From Candidatus Fraserbacteria bacterium (GTDB taxonomy: Bacteria > Bipolaricaulota > Bipolaricaulia > RBG-16-55-9 > JANLFV01), in the NCBI GenBank assembly GCA_037446135.1, contig JBBIJD010000002.1:1-53941 (forward strand): a DNA stretch of 53,941 nucleotides, in the 5' to 3' direction. The stretch's first letter is position 1; each line of letters opens with the position of its first letter. The translations under genes were made by a program, and so were the position numbers. The notes under the pieces are model-generated. The model saw only the letters and a list, made by a program, of their open reading frames with translations. It was not told where the DNA came from and made no database searches. Positions 1 through 7,114 of the stretch are shown piece after piece.

Positions 1-356
1 GGCCTGAGGATCCCCGGGGTCGAGCCGAAGGCCAGTCTCACTGATTCCTCCAATACCAGCGCTAGAGCTAAAGTGACGATCATCGTGATGATCGTCGACT
101 GCTGAATATAGCGGACTAGGACCTTATACATCACCAGGGCGAGGAGGGTCGCGAAGGCCACGGCTATGACCGCCGAGAGATAGATGCTCAAGTGGAGGTA
201 GACCCTGGCAGCGAAGGCCGCGTAAGCCGCGGCCATGAGGAACGCCCCATGGGCGAGGTTCAGGACCCCTCCGACCCCGAAGATCATGGTAAATCCGATG
301 GCGACTAGGGCATAGAGCGAGCTGATCGCGAGCGAGAAGAGGACTATCTCGGCCAT
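1..356 (-). CDS. livH: Branched-chain amino acid-type ABC transporter permease (LivH family), N-terminal part; runs off the window edge
   Basis: My own minus-strand translation from ATG (354-356): MAEIVLFSLAISSLYALVAIGFTMIFGVGGVLNLAHGAF... It is hydrophobic and has the LivH-type N-terminal pattern (YALxAIGxT..G..NxAHG). The frame is open to position 1. It is absent from the ORF track because it is truncated. Confidence 0.75.
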   Translation of the reverse strand, partial: MAEIVLFSLAISSLYALVAIGFTMIFGVGGVLNLAHGAFLMAAAYAAFAARVYLHLSIYLSAVIAVAFATLLALVMYKVLVRYIQQSTIITMIVTLALALVLEESVRLAFGSTPGILR

Positions 357-382
357 CTATGCGTTTGCACGCCGGTCAGAGG

Positions 383-1540
383 TCAATATCCTCCCCGCTT
401 GAGGACATCCCGGGCGATCACTAATCGCTGGATCTCGCTCGTCCCCTCGAAGAGCCGGTTGATCCGGGCGTCGCGGTAGAACCGCTCGACCTGGTATTCC
501 TTGATGTAACCGTAGCCGCCGTGGATCTGGACAGCCATGTCCGCGGCCTCGTCCAGCCACTCGCTCCCCAAGAGTTTCGAGATCGAGGCCTCGCGGATGA
601 ACTCCTTCCCGCTGTCGAAGAGCCAGGCAGCACGGTAGACCATCGACTCGAGAGCATAGATCTTGGCGGCCATGTCCGCGAGCATGAACTGGATCACCTG
701 CTGCTGGGCGATCGGCTTCCCGAACTGGATCCGTTGCTGAGCATAGGCGGTGCAGATCTCGAGCAGTTCCTTCATCCCTCCAAGGCAGCCGGCGGCCAGG
801 CTCGTCCGCCCATAGTCTAGGACCGTGAGGGCCAGCTTGAAGCCCCCGCCGACCTCGCCCAGGACATTCTCCTTGGGGACCTCGACATCCTTGAAGCTCA
901 GTGCGGCCGTGGGACAGCCGTGGAGTCCCATCTTCTCCTCCACATGGTCGACGGAGAAGCCCTTCATCCCCTTCTCCACGATGAAGCCGGTGATCCCCCC
1001 GCGCGGGCCGAGCGTGGGGTCCGTTACGGCGAAGGTGACGATCACATCGGCGATATTCCCGTTGGTGATAAAGATCTTCGTCCCATTGAGCACATAATGG
1101 TCGCCACGCTCCTCGGCCCTCATCCGGATCGAGCCGGCATCGCTCCCCGCCTCCGGCTCGGTGAGGGCATAGGCCCCGAGCTTCTTCCCCGCGGCCATCT
1201 CCGGGAGGAGGCGCCGCTTTTGTTCATCGTTCCCGCCGATGAGGATCGCCGTCTCAGCCAGGCTCTCATGGGCCCCCAACAGGACGGCCACGGCGGAGGA
1301 GCCGCGGGAGAGCTCCTCCACGACGATGCAGTAGCCGACCTCGCCGAAGCCGGAGCCGCCATACTCCTCAGGGACGACGGCCCCGAAGTAGCCGAGCTCG
1401 CCCATCTCGGCAATCAACTCCTCGGGGATGTGGTCCTCCTTGTCGATCTTGGGCGCCAACGGCTTGATCCGCTCGTTCACGAACTCCCGGACCGAGCGAC
1501 GCAAGAGGTTCTGCTCCTCGGTGAACTCGAATTCGATCAT
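383..1540 (-). CDS. Acyl-CoA dehydrogenase
   Basis: Part of ORF 383..1819. The conserved body starts at MIEFEFTEEQNLLR (ATG 1538-1540) with GGAGG just upstream. ACAD-like motifs: YALTEPEAGSD, GGYGYIKEY, RLFEGTSEIQR. Confidence 0.9.
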   Translation of the reverse strand: MIEFEFTEEQNLLRRSVREFVNERIKPLAPKIDKEDHIPEELIAEMGELGYFGAVVPEEYGGSGFGEVGYCIVVEELSRGSSAVAVLLGAHESLAETAILIGGNDEQKRRLLPEMAAGKKLGAYALTEPEAGSDAGSIRMRAEERGDHYVLNGTKIFITNGNIADVIVTFAVTDPTLGPRGGITGFIVEKGMKGFSVDHVEEKMGLHGCPTAALSFKDVEVPKENVLGEVGGGFKLALTVLDYGRTSLAAGCLGGMKELLEICTAYAQQRIQFGKPIAQQQVIQFMLADMAAKIYALESMVYRAAWLFDSGKEFIREASISKLLGSEWLDEAADMAVQIHGGYGYIKEYQVERFYRDARINRLFEGTSEIQRLVIARDVLKRGGY

Positions 1541-1560
1541 CCTCGCCTCCTTAAGCTCCG

Positions 1561-2367
1561 TCAGCGGTCCTTGAACTGGGGCTGGCGCTTCTCCAGGAAG
1601 GCCCGGGTCCCCTCCTTCATGTCCTCGGTCTCGGCGACCCTTCCGAACTCCTCCGTCTCCAGCTCCATCCCTTCTTGGAAGGAGCGCTTCAGCCCCCCGA
1701 CGGTCGCACGGAGCCCGGCGGAGAGGGCCACCTTCCCCTTCTTCATCAGGATCCCGGCGAAGGCCCTTGCCTCTCGGAGGAGGTCTTCCTCGGGGACGAC
1801 CTTGTTCACCAAGCCCCACTGCTCCGCGGCCCGGGCCAAGACATTGTTCCCGGTGAGGATCATCTCCAAGGCCCGCCCGAGGCCGATCGTCCTCGCTAGC
1901 CTCTGAGTCCCCCCAAACCCGGGGATGATCCCGAGATTGATCTCAGGCTGGCCGAAGACGGCGTTCTCCGCCGCGATCCGGAAGTGGCAGGCCAAGGCCA
2001 GCTCCAATCCGCCGCCGAGGCAGAAGCCATGGATCGCCGCGATCACTGGGATCTCCAAACCCTCGATCTTGTCCAGGAAGGCCTTCCCCTTTCGCACCAA
2101 TTCTTTGGCCTGTTCACCACTCGCGATCTTCTCGATCTCACGGATGTCCGCCCCGGCGATGAAGACCCCCTCCAAGAGGGAGTTGATGATCAGGGCCTTC
2201 TTCTTCGGGTCGGACTGGACCCGGTCGATCGCCGCGTCGATCTCGGCGATCATCTCCGAGGAGAGGGCATTGACCGGCGGCCGGTTGAGCGAGATCAAGG
2301 CCAGGGCCCCCTCGTCTTGGTAGTTCAAACTCTTAAAGGCTGCCGCACGCTCTTGCGAGTAAGCCAT
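1561..2367 (-). CDS. Enoyl-CoA hydratase/isomerase (crotonase family)
   Basis: ORF 1561..2367. Crotonase signatures FIAGADI and HGFCLGGGLELALACHFRIA. GGAGGGA SD before the ATG. Confidence 0.9.
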   Translation of the reverse strand: MAYSQERAAAFKSLNYQDEGALALISLNRPPVNALSSEMIAEIDAAIDRVQSDPKKKALIINSLLEGVFIAGADIREIEKIASGEQAKELVRKGKAFLDKIEGLEIPVIAAIHGFCLGGGLELALACHFRIAAENAVFGQPEINLGIIPGFGGTQRLARTIGLGRALEMILTGNNVLARAAEQWGLVNKVVPEEDLLREARAFAGILMKKGKVALSAGLRATVGGLKRSFQEGMELETEEFGRVAETEDMKEGTRAFLEKRQPQFKDR

Positions 2368-2511
2368 CTATCCCTCCTTCAATTGCGCTAGTCTGTGAAA
2401 ACCCCGGACCAGCCGAAACTGGCCTGCCCGAGAGAATAAAAGTAAGCCCCAGGACGGGGCAATCCCACCCATGGGGCCGGAAAGCTGAAAGCTGTATACT
2501 GGTTATCTCCG

Positions 2512-4197
2512 TCAACCCCGGCTTTGGCTCTGAGCCTTCTGCAACTCCTCCCGGCGGAGCTCCCGCTTCAAGACCTTCCCCACCGCTGACTTGGGGAGGG
2601 ACTCCCGGAACTCGATCAGCCTCGGGACCTTATAAGCGGCGAGCCGCTCTCGGCAGAATTGGGTGATCTCCTCAGCGGAGGGCCTCTCCCCGGATCGGGG
2701 GACGATGAAGGCCTTGACCGTCTCACCACGATAGGGGTCGGGGACACCGATGACCGCGGCCTCGGCGACCTTCGGGTGCTGATAGAGGACCTCCTCGACC
2801 TCCCGGGGGTAGACATTATACCCGGAGGCGATGATCATATCCTTGGCCCGGTCGACGATGTAGAAATATCCCCGCTCGTCCATCATGGCGATATCGCCGG
2901 TATGGAGCCAGCCGCCTTTTAGGGCTTGGGCCGTCTCTTCCGGCTTGTTCCAATAGCCCTTCATCACCTGCGGCCCGCGGACGACGAGCTCCCCGACCTG
3001 GCCGATCCCCAACTCCTCGCCGGTGGCAGGATCGACGATCTTTGCCTCCGTATCGGGGAAGGGGAGGCCGATCGAGCCGGGGATGTCCCGCCCGTCCAGA
3101 GGATTGGAGTGGGTGACCGGTGAGGCCTCCGAGAGGCCATAGCCCTCGACGAGCCGCCCGCCGGTCAGCTCCTCGAACCTCTTTTTAACCTCCACCGGGA
3201 GAGGGGCCGAGCCGGAGATGCACTCCTTGATCGACCCGACCTTATACCTCTTGATGTGCGGGTGGGTGTTGAAGGCCACATACATCGTCGGCGCGCCGGG
3301 GAAGATCGTGGGCTGATACCGATTGATCGTCTCCAAGACCTCATCGATGCGGAAGCGAGGGAGGAGGATCATCGTCGAGCCGAGGGCGATTGCTAGGTTC
3401 ATCGCGACGGTCATCCCATAGACATGAAAGAAGGGGAGGACCGCCAGGACCCGCTCATGGCCCTCCTCGGCCTGGAGGAACCAGGCCCGGGACTGGAGAG
3501 CGTTCGCGACCAGATTCTTGTGGGTGAGCATCGCCCCCTTGGGGGTGCCGGTCGTCCCGCCGGTGTATTGGAGGATCGCGATGTCCTCAGCGGGATCGAG
3601 CTCGACCTTTGGAGGGCGCTCCCCCCGATAGCGGCGGAGCAGCTCCCTCAGCTTGAGGAAATCCCCGCCCTTGAGCGGAACATGTTTCCCTTCCAGCCTC
3701 TCCTTGAGGGGATAGAGGAGCCGCTTGAGCGGTGGGAGGAAGTCCCCGACACTCGTGAGGATCAGCCGCTTCAGGCCGGTCTTGGCCCGGACGGCCGCCG
3801 CCCGGGGATAGAGCAGATCGAGGGTGATCATCGTCTCGGCCCCGGAATCGCTGATCAGCTCGACTAACTCCCGTTCGGTATACATGGGATTCGTCTGGAC
3901 GACGATCGCTCCCAGCCGCAGAGCGGCGTAGAAGGAGATGACGAACTGCGGGAGATTAGGGAGGTTGATCGAGACGCGGTCTCCCTTCCGCACGCCGAGG
4001 TCATGGAGGGCCGCGGCGCAGGCCTCGACCAGCCTGACGAGCCGGCGATAGCTGATCCGGCGGCCGAAGAAGATGATAGCAGGATTATCGGGGAACTTCC
4101 GCGCGGCCTCCTCCAAGAGCTGGAAGAGGGAGATAGAAGGGTAAGCGAGCGTATGCGGGACGCCTTTCGGGTAGCTCGCCAGCCAAGGCTTTCCCAG
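2512..4197 (-). CDS. AMP-dependent acyl-CoA ligase (FadD-like); start uncertain, probably CTG
   Basis: ORF 2512..4116 carries AMP-binding motifs (YTGGTTGTPKGAMLTH, GYGLSE, GWLHTGD). The in-frame conserved N-terminus (LGKPWLASYPKGVPHTLAYPSISLFQLL) continues upstream of the TTG at 4116 to a stop at 4204-4206. The only start-like codon there is CTG 4195-4197, which lies 9 nt after GGAGG (4207-4211). Confidence 0.8.
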   Translation of the reverse strand: MGKPWLASYPKGVPHTLAYPSISLFQLLEEAARKFPDNPAIIFFGRRISYRRLVRLVEACAAALHDLGVRKGDRVSINLPNLPQFVISFYAALRLGAIVVQTNPMYTERELVELISDSGAETMITLDLLYPRAAAVRAKTGLKRLILTSVGDFLPPLKRLLYPLKERLEGKHVPLKGGDFLKLRELLRRYRGERPPKVELDPAEDIAILQYTGGTTGTPKGAMLTHKNLVANALQSRAWFLQAEEGHERVLAVLPFFHVYGMTVAMNLAIALGSTMILLPRFRIDEVLETINRYQPTIFPGAPTMYVAFNTHPHIKRYKVGSIKECISGSAPLPVEVKKRFEELTGGRLVEGYGLSEASPVTHSNPLDGRDIPGSIGLPFPDTEAKIVDPATGEELGIGQVGELVVRGPQVMKGYWNKPEETAQALKGGWLHTGDIAMMDERGYFYIVDRAKDMIIASGYNVYPREVEEVLYQHPKVAEAAVIGVPDPYRGETVKAFIVPRSGERPSAEEITQFCRERLAAYKVPRLIEFRESLPKSAVGKVLKRELRREELQKAQSQSRG

Positions 4198-4216
4198 TCT
4201 GGATCACCTCCCAAGG

Positions 4217-4250
4217 GTTGCGGGGAGGCCCCGCAGGGCCTCCCCGCAAC
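4217..4250 (-). other. Intercistronic GC-rich stem-loop between the SBP gene and the CoA-ligase gene
   Basis: GTTGCGGGGAGGCCC (4217-4231), 4-nt loop, GGGCCTCCCCGCAAC (4236-4250): a perfect 15-bp stem. No U-tract follows on the coding (minus) strand, so it is more likely a stabiliser or attenuator than a strong terminator. Confidence 0.6.
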
Positions 4251-4254
4251 TCAC

Positions 4255-5577
4255 TTACCTCCGCATGTGCGGCGGGAGGAGGAAGCTCCCGCTTGCCCAG
4301 ATGAGCGGCCAGAGGACGATCTTCTTCCCTTGGGCATCGAGCTGGACCTCGATGGGATAGATCAGTTCCGGCCCATACTTCGAGTCATGCGGGAAGGCAT
4401 ACTTCCCATACTTGGGGTCCTCCTCAGCCGGGTTCATCCCGTAGAACTGGATCCGACCAGAGGCGCCTTCCCAATCGGTCTCCTCCAGCGCCTCGACCAC
4501 CGCATCGGCCTGGGTCGTCCCCGCCCTCTCGATGGCGTCAGCCAGGAAGTAGGTCGAATCGTAGCCGATGCAGGCGGTGTAGACCGGGGCCTTCCCATAC
4601 TTCCCGACATAGGCCCGATAGAACGGCCTGGACCTGAAGGTGATCGCCACATCGGTCCCCGGGCCGATGTCGGTCTGGACGATCCCTTCGGCTAGCCCCT
4701 GGGTGGCAGCGAAGGCCTCCGGCCCCTGGAATGGGGCGTTAATCCCGAAGAGCGGGACCGGGACCTTTGCGGTCGCCCAAGCGGCGACGAAGGGGATCGC
4801 TACCGCTGGGTCAGAGAAGACGGTAATCGCTGCCGCGGCCCCGACCATCTGGGAGAAGATCGGCCCATAATCTGTGGTCCCGACGGCGATCCGGATGGCC
4901 CCTATGACATTGAGGCCAAACCGAGGGAGCATCTGCTGGAGGAGCCCCTCGACCGGCTTGGTCCAGAGCAGGTCCTCAGAGACGATCACGACATTGTTGC
5001 TCGCGAGGAGCCCCTTGGGGATCAAGAATCCGGCCAGGTAATCGGCGGAGAACTCTAGGAGGTGGACGGCCAGGTAGCTCCCATTGAGCATCGGGCGGAA
5101 GATATACTTATAGGTATTATAGTCCTGTGCCACCTGCTGGGTCGCCCCGGGATAGGTCGAGCCGGTGATGAGGAGCGGGACCTGGAGGCGGGCGACGAGC
5201 GGGAGAGCGGCCATCACGACCTCGCTCCGGAAGAGGCCGATCAGGAACTGAGCCCCCTGGCGCGTCACCAGATCCTCGATGGCCGGGATCCCGACCTCGG
5301 GCTTCTGCTTCGTATCAGCCGGAACGACCTTCAAGGGGCGGCCGAGCACGCCCCCAGCCGCATTGATCTCTTCGATCGCCAATGCGATCCCATTCGTGTT
5401 CCCATCCCCGACGAAGATCCCCAACGGGGCCGGAGCCCCGATGACAATCGGCTCCTGCGCATGGAGGAGCCGCGTGCTCCCTAGAGCCGCGAGCCCCGCC
5501 GTCAGTCCGACACCCTTAAGGAACTCCCGCCTGCTCAGCTTGCCCCTCTCAAGCCAATTAAACTCCGTCATATCCAT
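4255..5577 (-). CDS. ABC transporter substrate-binding protein (Leu/Ile/Val-binding-protein family) with a twin-arginine signal
   Basis: ORF 4255..5577. N-terminus ...SRREFLKGVGLTAGLAALG (Tat motif SRRxFLK). Periplasmic binding protein pattern IGAPAPLGIFVGDGNTNGIALAIEEINAAGGVLGRPL. SD GGGAGGG upstream. Confidence 0.85.
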   Translation of the reverse strand: MDMTEFNWLERGKLSRREFLKGVGLTAGLAALGSTRLLHAQEPIVIGAPAPLGIFVGDGNTNGIALAIEEINAAGGVLGRPLKVVPADTKQKPEVGIPAIEDLVTRQGAQFLIGLFRSEVVMAALPLVARLQVPLLITGSTYPGATQQVAQDYNTYKYIFRPMLNGSYLAVHLLEFSADYLAGFLIPKGLLASNNVVIVSEDLLWTKPVEGLLQQMLPRFGLNVIGAIRIAVGTTDYGPIFSQMVGAAAAITVFSDPAVAIPFVAAWATAKVPVPLFGINAPFQGPEAFAATQGLAEGIVQTDIGPGTDVAITFRSRPFYRAYVGKYGKAPVYTACIGYDSTYFLADAIERAGTTQADAVVEALEETDWEGASGRIQFYGMNPAEEDPKYGKYAFPHDSKYGPELIYPIEVQLDAQGKKIVLWPLIWASGSFLLPPHMRR

Positions 5578-5636
5578 ACCCTCCCTTCACTCAGCTCTAG
5601 AGTATTATCATATTCTCTCACTTCTCACCCCCTTTC

Positions 5637-6965
5637 TTATGGCATCCACGGCGGCAATTGATAATCATAGTCCGGGCTCTTTCGGCTCGGCGGCCAGATG
5701 ACCTTCTTCTCGCACCCCGTGCTGAATTGGACCTGGACAGGATAGATGAACTCCATCCCATACTTGGAGTCATGGGGCCCGACATAGGGATTGATGGTCT
5801 TGGCCTTGGCCAACTCCTGCTGCCCCTCTGGAGTCCGGTCGGTGTAGAACTGGATCCGGCCGGAAGCACCGACCCAATCGGTCGCCTCTAGAGCCGCGAT
5901 TACAGCATTAGCATCGGTCGTCCCCGCCCGGGAGATCGCGTCAGCTAGGAGGTGGATCGTGTCATAGGTGACGAAGGAGGTATAGACCGGCTCCTTCTGG
6001 AAATTAGCGACATAGGCATCGAAGAAGGGGATCGTCTTCCCCAAGATCTCCGCCCGCCCGCCGGTCACCTCCATCTCCGCCAGCCACTGGGCCAGTCCGC
6101 CGATCGCTTGGCAAGTAGCGGGATCATTGAAGGGAGCGTTGACCCCGAAGAGAGCCGTCTTCACTTGCATCTGAGCCCAGGTAGCCACGAAGGGGACCAT
6201 CGTCGGGTCGGAGAAGACCGTCAAGGTCGTGGCTGCGCCGGACCTGGCGATCTGGCTCAGGATCGGCCTAAAGTCCGTCGTCCCTACAGCGATCCGGATC
6301 GGCTCGCTGATCAACTCGAAGCCCATCTGGGGGAGCTTCCCCTTGAGCTGATCGCAGATCGGGACCGTCCAGATGAGGTCCTCGGCCACGATTGCCGCCT
6401 TGTTATTCGGGAGCACGCCTCCCGCGAGGAGCTCCTTAGCGAGGAAGCCCCCTGCCATCTCCAGCATATTCACCCCGAGGAAGCCGCCGTTGAGCATCGT
6501 CCGGAAGATATACTTGAAATTCTCGTAATTCTGGGCGACCATGTTCGTCGGGGCCGGTTCGGTGGCCCCGGTGATGAGGAGTGGGACCCCGAAGCGATAG
6601 ATCTGCTGGGCGATGGAGACGACGACCTCACTCCGGAAGAGCCCTACCAGGGCTTGAACCCCCTGAGTGATCACCAGGTCCTGGACCGCTTGGATTCCCG
6701 TCGCCGGGTTCATCTTGGTGTCCCGGAAGAGTAGCTGGACCTCCCGGCCATCGATCCCTCCAGCGGCATTGATCTCTTGGGCCGCGAGGAGCGCGCCGTT
6801 CTTGATCCCTTCCCCGACGAAGATCCCCTCTGGTCCGAGGACCCCGACCAAGATCGGCTCCTGGGCCGAGAGCCGTAGACCCCCCAGAGCCGTCAGTCCA
6901 CCAGCCAGCCCCAGGGCCTTCAAGAACGCCCGCCTGCTCAGCTTTATCGTGCCTAGCCGCTCCAT
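5637..6965 (-). CDS. ABC transporter substrate-binding protein, a paralog of 4255..5577, with a twin-arginine signal
   Basis: ORF 5637..6965. SRRAFLKALGLAGGLTALG Tat motif. Collinear similarity to the neighbouring SBP (e.g. INAAGGI.GR, LFRSEVV, SGRIQFY). Confidence 0.85.
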   Translation of the reverse strand: MERLGTIKLSRRAFLKALGLAGGLTALGGLRLSAQEPILVGVLGPEGIFVGEGIKNGALLAAQEINAAGGIDGREVQLLFRDTKMNPATGIQAVQDLVITQGVQALVGLFRSEVVVSIAQQIYRFGVPLLITGATEPAPTNMVAQNYENFKYIFRTMLNGGFLGVNMLEMAGGFLAKELLAGGVLPNNKAAIVAEDLIWTVPICDQLKGKLPQMGFELISEPIRIAVGTTDFRPILSQIARSGAATTLTVFSDPTMVPFVATWAQMQVKTALFGVNAPFNDPATCQAIGGLAQWLAEMEVTGGRAEILGKTIPFFDAYVANFQKEPVYTSFVTYDTIHLLADAISRAGTTDANAVIAALEATDWVGASGRIQFYTDRTPEGQQELAKAKTINPYVGPHDSKYGMEFIYPVQVQFSTGCEKKVIWPPSRKSPDYDYQLPPWMP

Positions 6966-7013
6966 CTCCTCCTCCCCTCTTCCAAGGGCTCGCCACCCTC
7001 TCGGGCGGGATCA

Positions 7014-7043
7014 TATATAGCATAATTGGAAGGCAGTTGTCAA
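7014..7043 (-). promoter_or_regulatory. Candidate sigma-70-type promoter for the minus-strand SBP/catabolic operon
   Basis: On the minus strand: TTGACA (7038-7043), 18 nt, TATATA (7014-7019), upstream of the ATG at 6965. Confidence 0.4.
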
Positions 7044-7053
7044 CCGGCGCGGC

Positions 7054-7083
7054 TTGCTTCCCTCCGCCTGGAGAGGATATAAT
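7054..7083 (+). promoter_or_regulatory. Candidate sigma-70-type promoter for the acylase gene
   Basis: TTGCTT (7054-7059), 18 nt, TATAAT (7078-7083). GAGGAGG SD at 7102-7108 and ATG at 7115. Confidence 0.4.
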
Positions 7084-7114
7084 TGCGGCAAATACCGAGC
7101 TGAGGAGGTGGGCC

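Noticed and set aside
920-1906. Long ORFs antisense to, or out of frame with, clearly assigned genes. Examples: 920..1906 +, 4003..4695 +, 5952..6734 +, 8168..9220 -, 10780..11379 -, 34495..35292 -, 36284..37051 -, 43961..44848 +, 45041..45883 +, 47562..48458 +, 52633..53277 -.
   Set aside because: They are Arg/Pro/Gly/Asp/Glu-rich, low-complexity translations typical of shadow frames in GC-rich DNA. Each lies entirely within a gene that has strong family motifs on the other strand or frame, and none has an SD or promoter context.
7037-7114. N-terminal extensions that the ORF track gives to many genes. Examples: 7037, 10702, 14617, 15993, 17606, 23737, 29749, 46378, 48581, 50017, 50462, 52672.
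   Set aside because: In each case an internal ATG with a GGAGG-type site and/or an ATGA-type overlap with the upstream gene coincides with the start of the conserved domain or signal peptide. The extensions are Arg/Gly/Pro-rich read-through.
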